From Heptranchias perlo (lineage: Eukaryota): DNA of 64,000 bases. The DNA is taken from assembly GCF_035084215.1 (NCBI RefSeq), contig NC_090352.1, positions 8,370,001 through 8,434,000 on the forward strand. The letters are read 5' to 3'. Made by a program: the position numbers and the translations under genes. Positions 51,701 to 64,000 of the stretch are shown one piece after another (positions within the stretch are counted from its first letter, which is position 1; the number at the start of each line of letters is the position of its first letter). The notes beneath the pieces were generated by a model. The model saw only the letters and a list, made by a program, of their open reading frames with translations. It made no database searches and was not told the origin of the DNA.

Positions 51701-52224
51701 ATCCTACTTTTGAAGAAAAAGTAAAGCATTTTTGCTATTACTTATATGCATGACTGTAGAAGAACCCATACTAAATGTTTAATATTTAACGTGCTGTACT
51801 TTGGTATCGGAAAGTTTAATTAATATTGTTGAGTATAATCCAAATTGCTGTGTTGGTTTGATAAAATTCATAGATCCTACTTGATTGTCCTATAACTAAG
51901 GATCAAATGGTTTGTATATATGTTTCTCTCTCTCTCTCTCTCTCTCTCTCATCCATAAGCCTGAAGTTAAGACCTGAACTGTTTTTGATTACATTAACTG
52001 TAACCAGTGACAACAAAAAGTCATGGTCTGCCTCCTATTTCTGTCCTGCCTGAACTTGCCTTACAAGTTGTTCCTTGTGGCAGTCTTTTTTTTAAAAACA
52101 AAACAAAATGAGACTGTGCATAAACCAACATTACATTTTTTTTCATTCATTTTCTTGTTACCGAATGTCAAGAGGGCCAGTAAGTAAAGTAGATCTTATT
52201 GAAACTGCTTCAATTGTATTTACT

Positions 52225-52505
52225 GTGGCTCAGTTGGTAGCCTGTGGCAAAACTAATGGGTTCAGGTCACACTGCAGCACTTGGACATTGAATCTTAGCT
52301 GATTACTCCTTTGTGCAATACTAATACAATGCTGCATTGTCGGAGGTCCTGTCTTTTGGGTGAGATGTTAAAAATCCCATAGCTCTATTTGAAGAACAGA
52401 ATTCTCCTGGTGTCCTGGTCAACATTACTTCCTCAACCAGCACCACCAAAAGTAGACTATTGCTGTTTGCGGGATCTTGTGTGCAAAATGGCTGCCACAT
52501 TTGCC
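52225..52505 (+). mobile_element. DeuSINE-like SINE, partial
   Basis: gtggctcagttggtag head; gctgcattgtcggagg...gtgtcctggtcaacatt core. Confidence 0.65.
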
Positions 52506-52883
52506 TGGCCACTGCACTGGGATAAAGTCAGGAGGGAAGCAATGCTTTTGCCTCCCATGTTAATTGCCATTTGTCAACATTTACTTTGGTAGGAATTGTA
52601 CATTTAAAAAAAAATTGGATTAAACAAAATCCACCTTATTTCAAACTTTAAATTTGTGATCTTCAGTTAAAAGTGGGAGTCAAATCATCAAGCCTATCTG
52701 AGCTGGCCCCTTTTTGGCACAATGAACAAAATTAAATAGAAGAGTTCCACTCTTCGGAACTGGAAAGTAATTGGCCATTTTGTCATTCGAGGTCTATTGT
52801 AACTATATTATTAAAATATTTTTCAAGGTTATGAAGTTCTAATATTTGATTTTTTTTAAAAATTGATTTTTTTTATTCTCTAG

Positions 52884-53617
52884 AAACGGAAACCAACTCC
52901 AGATTCTGAGGAATCCAATAAAGTAAACCACCTTGAAAGATCAGAGCATGCAGATAGGATCGAACGGATAAGGCAAATGATGAAACGTGTCAACCGAAAT
53001 GAAGCTACCAGCTCCAGCTCCAGTTCCGATTCTGACTCCGATTCCAGTTCTGGTTCAGAATCCAGCCTACAGAGATCTGCAGGAAGCAGTGGAGCATCTA
53101 GTCCAAGGTCCATTGCAAAGGGAGATAACCAAAGGTCAAAGCTTAGAAGGCTGTCTAATGATATTTTTAGTGAGGAAGATGATGAGGAAGAGGAGGATGA
53201 AGATGAAGAGAACACAAGAAACACAAACACCAATTCGCTTTCTTTGGCCTCGAAGGTTCGGGAAAATAACTATTATTCCTTAAGAGGGGAGAATATTCAA
53301 AAGAACTCCTTTAGGACAGTGGAAGTTTCATTGAAGAAAAAAAATGGACCATCCAGTCAGCTTTGTCACAAGGTTCTAGGAGGTTTGCCTCGTCCTCAGA
53401 TACTAAGCAAACTCCCCGTGCAGTCTCCTCCCAAGCCATTTCAAATGGAACGGCATGTGGTGCGGCCTCCACCAGACAGCCCTGAACCTGATTCTCTACC
53501 ACTGGCTGGTGGCTCAGAACATGTGATGCAACGGGAGGTATGGTTGGCAATATTCAGGTACCTCAGCCATAGGGACCTATGCATCTGTATGAGAGTGTGC
53601 AAGACCTGGAGTAAATG
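52884..53617 (+). CDS. FBXL19: Ser-rich/acidic linker plus F-box exon (phase 0-2)
   Basis: tttttattctctag acceptor in frame with ORF 52977; [12 protein letters not shown] tract; [25 protein letters not shown] and F-box [26 protein letters not shown]; donor TG|gtaagt. Confidence 0.88.
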
Positions 53618-56600
53618 GTAAGTGTCGATAATGTGAGAAGTGTATTGTAATTGCTGAAGTTCTTTCAAATCACAGACTGACAGAGTTCATTTCTATTTCT
53701 CAATTCTTTCCTTTGTGAAGAATTATAATTCTGGTAATTAATTTACTTGTTCATGAAATGAAATATAGCCACAATTTTTGTGAAAACAACAATTAAATGG
53801 GCCTCGATTTATTAATGGTGTTGAAGTGATTGTACAGATGAAACCTAATGAGTACTTAACTAAATTTGCCGAGACACTATAGTATGATTTTGGTTTTAGA
53901 TTATACAGGGTTCTGAATTTCAATATAATGGGGAATTCACAGGAATATTATATTAAGACCCTATCATTCTGAGTGATAATGTTAAAAAGAGGCAAACATG
54001 CAGTTATCTGGATTCAGCTCTATTGCTTAGAACCCTCAAAGATCTGCAATTGGTGTTTTAATTCAGCATATATAGGCTAAGAAATTCTGGTTGATAAATT
54101 TAAAATAAAGTGCTTTGCTACTATGGTATTCAAAGTTACAACCTCCAGCAATCAAATTGTGGAATTTAGTTTATCAAGCAAGCGTTCTAATCAACATCAA
54201 AAATTAGGGCATGTTGCATTAGAATCTTTTCAAAGAATTATAAGAATCAGCTTGTTAAATATCTGTTCAATACTGCAACATAACCAAGTACATACAAGTG
54301 ACATAAATCTATTTATGATGTGTGTATGTTTGTGTAATTTTTTTATCACTCAAATTTATAGTTTCATAAATATGGATAAATTTAAATAAATCCATGTTCC
54401 TATGTTAATATTAAACACACTTAGTGGAATAAACTGATTTGCACCAATTATAAGTAAATTGAACATTGAAATTAAGTTGCTATATGAAAACTGTACATGT
54501 ATGTTTGCACCTGTGGGAATTGAAAATTTTGGCTAGCCCATCTACTCCTCTCCTGACGTCTCCCATTACTTTATGATCTACTAATCCTGTTTTATAAGCA
54601 GAATAGTTTCTTAAAGCAAATGACGCAATAATGAAATGTAAAACTAAAGGCTCACTTTCTGTGCATGTTTCATTCTAGGACTGAACCTCTACCCATTTTG
54701 CTGTAAATTGAAAACAACTCTAAACTTTCATGGTGCTTAGTAGGTAGTTCTAAGTCAGAACTAAAAATCTGCTCTTAACATTAAATGGTTTTATTCTGGG
54801 GCCCTGCTTTCTCAGTAGGGGTTGGGCAATCTGTCTGCATTTAAGATCACCAGTAATAACTTGATTAGCCTGTACACTCACCGTTCACATGTGAATGAAC
54901 AATGTGAACTTGAAACTGAAACTATTAATGGTAAATAGTTAAACAGATACTATGACTGGCAGCTCCCTATACTTGATTTTACTACTGTAAAGCAGAGTTC
55001 GGAGGGTTAGAGTCCTGTGCTGACAAACTTTGTACAGAGTTCCATAGATGACATTTATACATTGCCGATCAAAATGGCATTATAAATCAGAAGTCTTTTT
55101 TTTTAGATGTGTATTTATACACCAGCTCCAAGTTGCAATATATACTACAACATATTGAAGGAGCACTTTCAGCCCAATTCCATTTGTCTCATAAAACCAA
55201 ACAAAAGGCTGTTCTCATCTGCTGATTTATTACATGCTTTTAAATGACTTCTGTAAACAAGATAACCATGCTCCTTATCCTACCATTGGCTAAGCTCTGG
55301 CTACACTGCCAAAGGGCAGAATGGCCACCTCCTGTGTTGGAATTGCTACGATTCTATGAAAGGTAGGGAAAGAGCAGGGAAATGGGATTAGAATTGACAG
55401 TCTCACAGATTTTATGATTCAGTAAGTAGCATACATGAATATTGAGATCATTTATATTCCTGAAAATACTTATATGCTTATGGAGTCCTTATGGAGTTAA
55501 ATAGTAGGGCTGGTCCTGGCTTTTCGTATTTCAATTTTATGGTCTTGGAGGTTTGGGAAAAGGTTGTTCTTGGCACAGTTGCCTCTTTATTGCATAAATC
55601 CTAAATCAGAATACTAAGTTTAGTTGGAGGAAATTGTGGCTCACCGTCTCATAATTGCAGAAATGCTCTTGCCTTATGGGTATGAAGGAGGCTTTGTGGA
55701 TTGGGAAGTAGTGGGGAACTGAAGTTTTGAGGGAGTTGGAGATTCAAGTCTAGAAGGGTGGTTGGCTCTCAAACATATATGTCTAGTAGTGAAAAACCCT
55801 TTGCTGATGTTACACAGAGGCAAGCAGCCATGTGACCTTGCTCAGTTGCATTAGATTTATCTGCAGATAAATTGACTGGTTTGTTTGCTGAGCGATGATG
55901 ACGGCAGTGCTTAGACAACCCTTTATTTTTAAAAGAATTGATTTTCATTTCCAGAGACCATACATTAAAAGACAATAGAGTTGTTACATGGGTGCAAGCA
56001 ATAAAAGAAATAACATTTAAATATTCAGGTGTGTGGTTACTGGTTTTAGTAGGAGTCAACAGAGGGGTATGTGGCCCAGGGAACAAGCAGAGAGAGCACA
56101 AGTGAGCTGGAGCAGGCATAAGGCTGAGAGCGGGGCCTCTTGCATGGTAAATATCCCAAGCCAGCTGTAGCTTTTGTTTGAGTTGAATGTTCCTCATTCA
56201 ATCCCCTTTGTGCATTTGCACAGAATGTTGCATTACTAAGGGCAGGTGAAAAGGCTGCTATACAGCATGTGCACCTGTGTGCTTGGTCACTCCCTCCTGG
56301 TTGACAACTTATAACAGATAAACAAGTACAGTGACATTTTCATCATTATGCTTTATCTCAAAAGGGCTTATAATTTCCTGCCTCTCCAAACTTAGGTTGT
56401 TTTGGAAAGTACTTTAGAATTCAATGAGGTTGAGGCCCTGTGATTTTAATGGAACTATGAAAATATCTAGCTGGTGGAACAGGATTGTTGAGCACTCTAA
56501 TATTTAACATTTGAAATTCAAATGGATTTGTTCCAAAGTGAGACACTGCCTTTTATCACCACAAAACAAGTGGTCTTGCCCATGTTGAACTCGGTAGGGA

Positions 56601-57180
56601 CATGTCAGGAGTGTCCAAGTTTTTTTGCCTGTGGCCACTTAGGTGAACACCATGGATCCTTTGAGCCAAATACATCTTGAATCTTGTTTCCATTAGTTTT
56701 CACACGTCTCGAGCTGTGATACCAATGTAGCTCAACTGTTCTGATTAGGATTTAACTGCCAATGAGGTGTCAGCACTAATTGCCATGACAGTGGGTCAGA
56801 TGTGCCCATCAGCTGTAGCTTGCTCACTGTTGTTTTTCCACAGTGGGGTTTATATGCAAGACATAACATTTAAGATAGACCATAAGCTACAGTGGCATTT
56901 TATAGGTTGTTGGACCATGGAATGCTTGGCCACAAGGAGTGGTAAAGGCAGAGGCCATTGCATCTTTGAAGGGAAACATGCATAAATATTTGAAACAGAA
57001 GAAGATACAGCACTATGGGGAGAGCAGAAATTAGTTTTGGATTGCTCCAGCAAAGAGCAGCACAGGTACGATGGGCCAAATTGTCACCTTTCATGCTGTA
57101 AACTTCGAGAGTTCATTGGTTCTAAGTGATCGCATTAGTGATAGCAGAGTCGAGAGATTAGCCAGTCACAATATTTGATG

Positions 57181-59587
57181 CCGAGTCCTGAAGGACATAG
57201 CTGCTAGACTGGGCCTGCGGCAGGTGGTGAGCGAACCAACACGAGGGAAAAACTTACTTGACCTCGTCCTCGCCAATCTACCTGTCGCAAATGCATCTGT
57301 CCATGACAGTATTGGTAGGAGTGACCACCGCACAGTCCTCGTAGAGATGAAATCCCGTCTTCGCACTGAGGACACCATCCAACGTGTTGTGTGGCACTAC
57401 CACCGTGCTAAATGGGGTAGATTCAGAACAGATCTAGCAGCTCAAAACTGGGCATCCATGAGGCGCTGTGGGCCATCAGCAGCAGCAGAATTGTATTCCA
57501 GCACAATCTGTAACCTCATGGCCCGGCATATTCCTCACTCTACCATTACCAACAAGCCAGGGGATCAACCCTGGTTCAATGAGGAGTGTAGAAGAGCATG
57601 CCTGGAGCAGCACCAGGCGTACCGAAAAATGAGGTGCCAACCTGGTGAAGCGACAACTCAGGACTACATGCATGCTAAACAGCGGAAGCAACATGCTATA
57701 GACAGAGCTAAGCGATTCCACAACCAACGGATCAGATCAAAGCTCTGCAGTCCTGCCACATCCAGTCGTGAATGGTGGTGAACAATTAAACAACTAACGG
57801 GAGGAGGAGGCTCTGCAAACATCCCCATTCTCAATGATGGCGGAGTCCAGCACGTGAGTGCAAAAGACAAGGCTGAAGCGTTTGCAACCATCTTCAGCCA
57901 GAAGTGCCGAGTGGATAATCCATCTCAGCCTCCTCCCGATATCCCCACCATCACGGAAGCCAGTCTTCGGCCAATTCGATTCACTCCACGTGATATCAAG
58001 AAACGGCTGAGTGCACTGGATACAGCAAAGGCTATGGGACCCCGACAACATCCCAGCTGTAGTGCTGAAGACTTGTGCTCCAGAACTAGCTGCGCCTCTA
58101 GCCAAGCTGTTCCAGTACAGCTACAACACTGGCATCCACCCGACAATGTGGAAAATTGCCCAGGTATGTCCTGTCCACAAAAAGCAGGACAAATCCAATC
58201 CGGCCAATTACCGCCCCATCAGTCTACTCTCAATCATCAGCAAAGTGATGGAAGGTGTCGTCGACAGTGCTATCAAGCGGCACTTACTCACCAATAACCT
58301 GCTCACCGATGCTCAGTTTGGGTTCCGCCAGGACCACTCGGCTCCAGACCTCATTGCAGCCTTGGTCCAAACATGGACAAAAGAGCTGAATTCCAGAGGT
58401 GAGGTGAGAGTGACTGCCCTTGACATCAAGGCAGCATTTGACCGAGTGTGGCACCAAGGAGCCCTAGTAAAATTGAAGTCAATGGGAATCAGGGGGAAAA
58501 CTCTCCAGTGGCTGGAGTCATACCTAGCACAAAGGAAGATGGTAGTGGTTGTTGGAGGCCAATCATCTCAGCCCCAGGGCATTGCTGCAGGAGTTCCTCA
58601 GGGCAGTGTCCTAGGCCCAACCATCTTCAGCTGCTTCATCAATGACCTTCCCTCCATCATAAGGTCAGAAATGGGGATGTTCGCTGATGACTGCGCAGTG
58701 TTCAGTTCCATTCGCAACCCCTCAGATAATGAAGCAGTCCGAGCCTGCATGCAGCAAGACCTGGACAACATCCAGGCTTGGGCTCATAAGTGGCAAGTAA
58801 CATTTGCGCCAGATAAGTGCCAGGCAATGACCATCTCCAACAAGAGAGAGTCTAACCACCTCCCCTTGACATTCAACGGCATTACCATCGCCGAATCCCC
58901 CACCATCAACATCCTGGGGGTCACCATTGACCAGAAACTTAACTGGACCAGCCATATAAATACTGTGGCTACGAGAGCAGGTCAGAGGCTGGGTATTCTG
59001 CGGCGAGTGACTCCCCTCCTGACTCCCCAAAGCCTTTCCACCATCTACAAGGCACAAGTCAGGAGTGTGATGGAATACTCTCCACTTGCCTGGATGAGTG
59101 CAGCTCCAACAACACTCAAGAAGCTCGACACCATCCAAGATAAAGCAGCCCGCTTGATTGGCACCCCATCCACCACCCTAAACATTCACTCCCTTCACCA
59201 CTGGCGCACTGTGTCTGCAGTGTGTACCATCCACAGGATGCACTGCAGCAACTCGCCAAGGCTTCTTCGACAGCACCTCCCAAACCCGCGACCTCTACCA
59301 CCTAAAAGGACGAGGGCAGCAGGCGCATGGGAACAACACCACCTGCACGTTCCCCTCCAAGTCACACACCATCCCGACTTGGAAATATATTGCCGTTCCT
59401 TCATTGTCGCTGGGTCAAAATCCTGGAACTCCCTTCCTAACAGCACTGTGGAAGAACCGTCACCACACGGACTGCAGAGGTTCAAGAAGGCGGCTCACCA
59501 CTACCTTCTCGAGGGCAATTAGGGATGGGCAATAAATGCCGGCCTTGCCAGCGACGCCCACATCCCGTGAACGAATAAAAAAAAAAC
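57181..59587 (+). mobile_element. Poly(A)-tailed LINE (APE end plus RT), young
   Basis: 503-aa RT ORF 58011-59522, one stop at ~57781 and one frameshift at ~58040; tail gaacgaataaaaaaaaa. Confidence 0.95.
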
Positions 59588-59954
59588 AATGTACCCCACC
59601 TCAGCAGGAGAGCTATGATTTCCATAATAAGACTGAGCTGCATCTAGCTGTATCTGTGCAGGCAATATGAATTACAAGATGGTGTGAGTCAGTCAGTTGG
59701 CTGGCAGAGGACAAATCAGGATGAAGATATGTGCACCTTCATCACCTTGATTCTGCTGAAATAAATGCTCTATAAATTGTGCCTCTAAATAACGCGTTTT
59801 CAAATTATGTTATGTATAGAAAATAGAATTCCTCTAGTTTAATCGATCTTAAATGACAAAGTCCATTTTAACCTGAACATTACTGCCATATCAATGAATT
59901 CACTGATCATTGTGTACAAATGACCAGTTTAAGCTGCTTTTATTATTGGTGCGG

Positions 59955-60480
59955 TTTTAGTTTGGATCCTGGCATTGGAGACTGGCATCCTTGAGCTGGT
60001 TCCAAGGCATTTCTAGTACTAAACCCAGCTTCCCATTCTAGCCGCAGAATCATAGGCCCATCTTTTTGTGGGTATGTAAATCTGCCGCCAGGATAGGGGT
60101 GCCAGATTCAGTTAGGAAGCCAGCTCAGGGACACTGGTCTCCTAGAACCTGAACATTTACAGCACCAAATACAAAGCCAGTGTTACATTGGCACTTGTTT
60201 AGATTGGATTCCAGGAGACCAGTGTCTGTGAGCCGGCTTCTTTATCACACTGGCAGAAAGGTAGGCCACAAAAAAACTTCGGCCTACAGTTCTGCTGCTT
60301 AAAAGAGAAAGAAACTGAGTTTATACAGCGCCTTTCACAACCTCAGGATGTCCCAAAGCGCTTCACGGCCAATGAGGTACTTTTGAAGTGTGGTCACTGT
60401 TGTAAAGTAGAGAAGGGAGTTAGATTTAGCTCCAGGACCTGGTTTACAGATCCCTGGTCTCTTGGAATCTGACCTAAACG
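59955..60480. mobile_element. Foldback/MITE-like element containing a SINE tail (60303-60410)
   Basis: gcagaatcataggcc/ggcctacagttctgc and gacactggtctcct/aggagaccagtgtc are inverted pairs. Confidence 0.5.
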
Positions 60481-62867
60481 AGTTCCAGTGGTTTAAATGT
60501 CAGCATGGTCTGGTAATTCTAGTTGAACCTGCTTACCCTGGGCTGTCTGGTGGTAAGCTGTGTCATCCTTCATTACAGACTTCTGGCAACGAGTGCACTG
60601 TCAAACCTTACCGAAAATTTTAACGGACTCTGGAGAAATGCCAAGATACTGTAATGGGAAGCAAGACCCAGCAGAAATGGCTCTATTTATGGCTGACGTT
60701 CACTCAATTTTAATCACATTTCTGGGAAATAGTAATCTCCTTAATTTGAATACTGTTAATTTCACTTAAGTGATTCTTGGTTAAGTAAATATTTCTGCTA
60801 AGTAATCAAGCAAAAAAGGAAACGTGAATTTTCCACCTCATATAATGTGCTTGTTACTATGATAGGAGTGATTTTTTGGATTTTAAAAAAGCCCTATTTT
60901 AACAAACTAACAGTTTACTTAGTCTTTGAAAAGCCTGTGATTCAAAGTCACTTTTTTTAAAACTAGAACTCTGTTTCAAATGTAGGGTTTCACCTTTGCA
61001 TTGTGATTGTGTGTATATATGGTGTGATTTGATAGAGATCAGTGTCATGTGATTAAATGCCGGTTGCATTATATTGGGGGTGGGCCTTGCTGACTATAAG
61101 GTTCATTGTGTTCCCTTATACCAGTATTACATTTGCATGGAACTGAGCATCGGTCCATTTAACTTTGCATTGTATAACAAAAAAGTAATGAACTAGCTGT
61201 TAATTCCTATTGGGTAGCTACTTTAAAAATCTGTTTAACCTTATTTTCTGTAATCTTGATTTTTTAAAAAATTGTTAATGTTTGTAATAGTCAATACCCT
61301 AATAATCACCCAAGTTAAAAAGGGGGAAGGGGGGCTGAAATTACTTTCAATATTTCCCTATCCCTAAACGCTAAGATTGTTACATTTATTCTCTAACTGT
61401 TCAGGAAATGATAAATTACAATTTTCATAACTGGTCAGCAGGCTGCTTGATTTTCCAGCTGGAAGAGTTCCAATCTGTTGACGTTAGCGAGTGGCTTTTG
61501 TAGGAACACAAACAGCACCATTTCCTTCCCTTAACATTGATCCTAGAGTGATTTTAAAAAATCAGTATTGTGCAGCTCAGGTTTAAACTCTTCAGGCTCA
61601 ACATTCATGTTTGTTGCAGAGCTAAAAATGTTCCTAGAAACGGTTTTTGTGTATGTCATGAATTATTAAGCTCTTTGTGGCCAATTTTTTTGCCTATTTA
61701 ATATTTCCTTGAAAAGGTCATGCATGTTGGTGCCCGCACTCTACATGTTAATGACCTCAGAATTGTGCAAAGGCCGTACTGGGAGAATGATCCCAGGCTG
61801 CTCTTGAGCATCTAGGGGCCGATTAAAGGCACCACTGGAGAGGCCTGGCAGCAGATTCTCTATCAGCAGGGCATGTTGCATGGCATGGTGAAGAAACTTT
61901 TGGGTTTTTTTAAGAAAGTTTGGGGTGGGGTGGGGGAGAATGAACTTGCCTTCATCTAAAAATATTTATTTTCTTTTACAAAGTTTGTAGAAACTTAACT
62001 TTCTAAATTCAAATATTCTGCAGAATTAGATGCTTTTAGAGCCTAAAATGTAGACAACACTGAATGAAGATATTTTCTGTTGCTCCAATTGCAACAGAAA
62101 ATAAACCTTGTTAGTCTTTTATCTTGGTGTAAAATAATACTGCTGTCCTTGAGAGTTTAAATCTTTGTTACAACTGAGATAACAGATTCCATGGATACCA
62201 TCATGATGTAGTGAAATTTACTGAGGACAAGATGTGCTACAGTGTTTTTTCCTCAAAGTATCATTTTTCATTCTGGGCTGAGTACCATGTCCAATTATTG
62301 TATGTTCAAATGAAATGTGATCTGATTCCTTTTCTTAAAATAGTTAAGTTTCATATATTGAAGAGTGGCCTCAGTAACCAAAGTCTCAATGGCAGTGTGA
62401 TTGCTGATGGATGGTAATAGATAAGAGAAAAGGAGATTGCTCCCTCTTTCAATGTTAACTTTATCCCAACCAGTGCAGGTGACTGAATAACTCCCAAACA
62501 CCAGAGCCATGAATAAACTGTATAAATTTTTTTCTGGTCTGTCCATACATGCGGATAAATTTTTCATTTACTTGGATGACTAGTATTCTGTTTATGCTAT
62601 ATATGAGCCGTAAAGCAGAATTTTGCAATAAATGTAAGATCCCGTTTAATAGGGACTGTTCTAATCACAGAAGGTGCATTTTATTATTTTGCATTACTTG
62701 GTGTGTTGGCTTGACTTTTTTGTCTGTTCAATGGAATTTAACTATTATCTTGAAAATCTCAAGCGCTGATCGACTTTAGAAATCTGTTATAAATACATCC
62801 TGAAGCAATAAGTTTAATTTATCATAAATCTAATTTAAATTAAACTATAGCTCCATGATTAATACAC

Positions 62868-62982
62868 TGGGGTAATTTTCAACTTCACCGCCCGAGAGGT
62901 AACCCGAGAGAACTAATCCACACATTGTAGAACCCGCCCAATTTTTGTTGCATTGTTTTCAGTGGCGGCAAAAATTAGCCCC
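62868..62982. repeat. Small TIR-bounded element
   Basis: tggggtaatttt ... aaaattagcccca. Confidence 0.4.
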
Positions 62983-64000
62983 ACTTTTTTTTTAAAAAAG
63001 TACAAATACCAGAACCAACAATTCCTGCAGAATAAATACAATCTCATCTTGGGAAGGCATTATTTAGGACCGTGAATCATTTGGATTCCCATGTTCAATT
63101 TTTAAGACATTAATGTAGAATTGAAGGAGTTGAAAACTTAATTAATTTAGCCACGTTAGGAATTCTTTGTAAATATGGTCTGTTCCCATTGAAAGTGCAT
63201 CCAGTGTTGCAACATCAATTTAGTATAAACCTTTGTTATATCAGGAGGATCCAAGCTGTTTAAATTGTGTTGAATTAGACCATCATAGGTAGATAGAGCT
63301 AACATTCCTTAAGATGGTGTGAGACAATAATTTCATCACTGGTGAGAAAAACTTTTTGTGAGAGAATTTGTGCTGTAGTATTCTTGAATTAGGGGCATTT
63401 CACTGGGACAATGAGTGAGGAGGATTGCATAACTGTAGAGCAAGGTTGAGCCTCCATGTTGATTCCACCTTTGGATTTGGACTTCCTCTGAGATTTTAGA
63501 AGGTTTATTTTAAACTCCTGGAGACAATGTGGCATTCAGAGGGAGGAAAAAAGCAAGAGATACGGGCATGGAAACAGACAGATGCCCTATATCGGCAGGG
63601 AATCAGTTCCCTTAGATGAATAGGTTTCTTGATCCCCAGTTATGCTGCAATTTTGGAATTATTTATGGCTTCAAAGTTGGACAAAATCCATTTCCAAAAA
63701 TGAAATATATCCATGTAGGTTTGTTGCCAAGGCCTGAAAAATGAGTTTAGTGGGGATCAACTTTAATATAACTGAGTCAGTTTGGTTTCTGAATTGCAGA
63801 ATACATTACGCAATCATTATGCCATGCATGAAATCATCTAGTTGCTTGATACATTTTTAGTTGACGCATACAGGCTCTGTTAAATTTGAAAATGTTTTAG
63901 CAGAATCACTGTTATGAGGCCAAACTACTGAAATTTGCTTCCAGTAAGGAAACAGTTCTGGACTCTGGCCAGTGTAACTGGGATTTTTAACTGCCAGTGC

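Noticed and set aside
52880-53233. Antisense 117-aa ORF
   Set aside because: Shadow of the Ser/Glu-rich sense exon.
53618-64000. Expected LRR exons after the F-box
   Set aside because: No phase-2 exon beginning with a C(C/Y)DK-like peptide was found; they presumably lie beyond the window.

Overview
Vertebrate genomic DNA, most likely a cartilaginous fish (shark-type CR1, DeuSINE and Penelope repeats). The window lies inside one large + strand gene of the KDM2/FBXL family. Six coding exons can be joined in frame by their splice sites: CXXC zinc finger (24338-24562), PHD finger (29044-29187, 30972-31058), linker (32772-32987), a 39-nt microexon missed by the ORF track (45256-45294), and a Ser-rich/F-box exon (52884-53617). 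The C-terminal part looks like FBXL19, while the N-terminal part is strongly KDM2B-like. I found no start exon, JmjC exons or LRR exons in the window. The rest is intron filled with two LINE families (classic CR1 and a poly(A)-tailed APE-RT LINE), DeuSINE-like SINEs, a decayed Tc1 transposase, MITE-like foldbacks and a 35-bp minisatellite. There are also several Penelope-like termini carrying minimal hammerhead ribozyme cores, including a near-perfect 216-bp palindrome with a ribozyme core on each strand and a 13-bp target-site duplication. Family names come from motif recognition, not database searches, and repeat boundaries are approximate.
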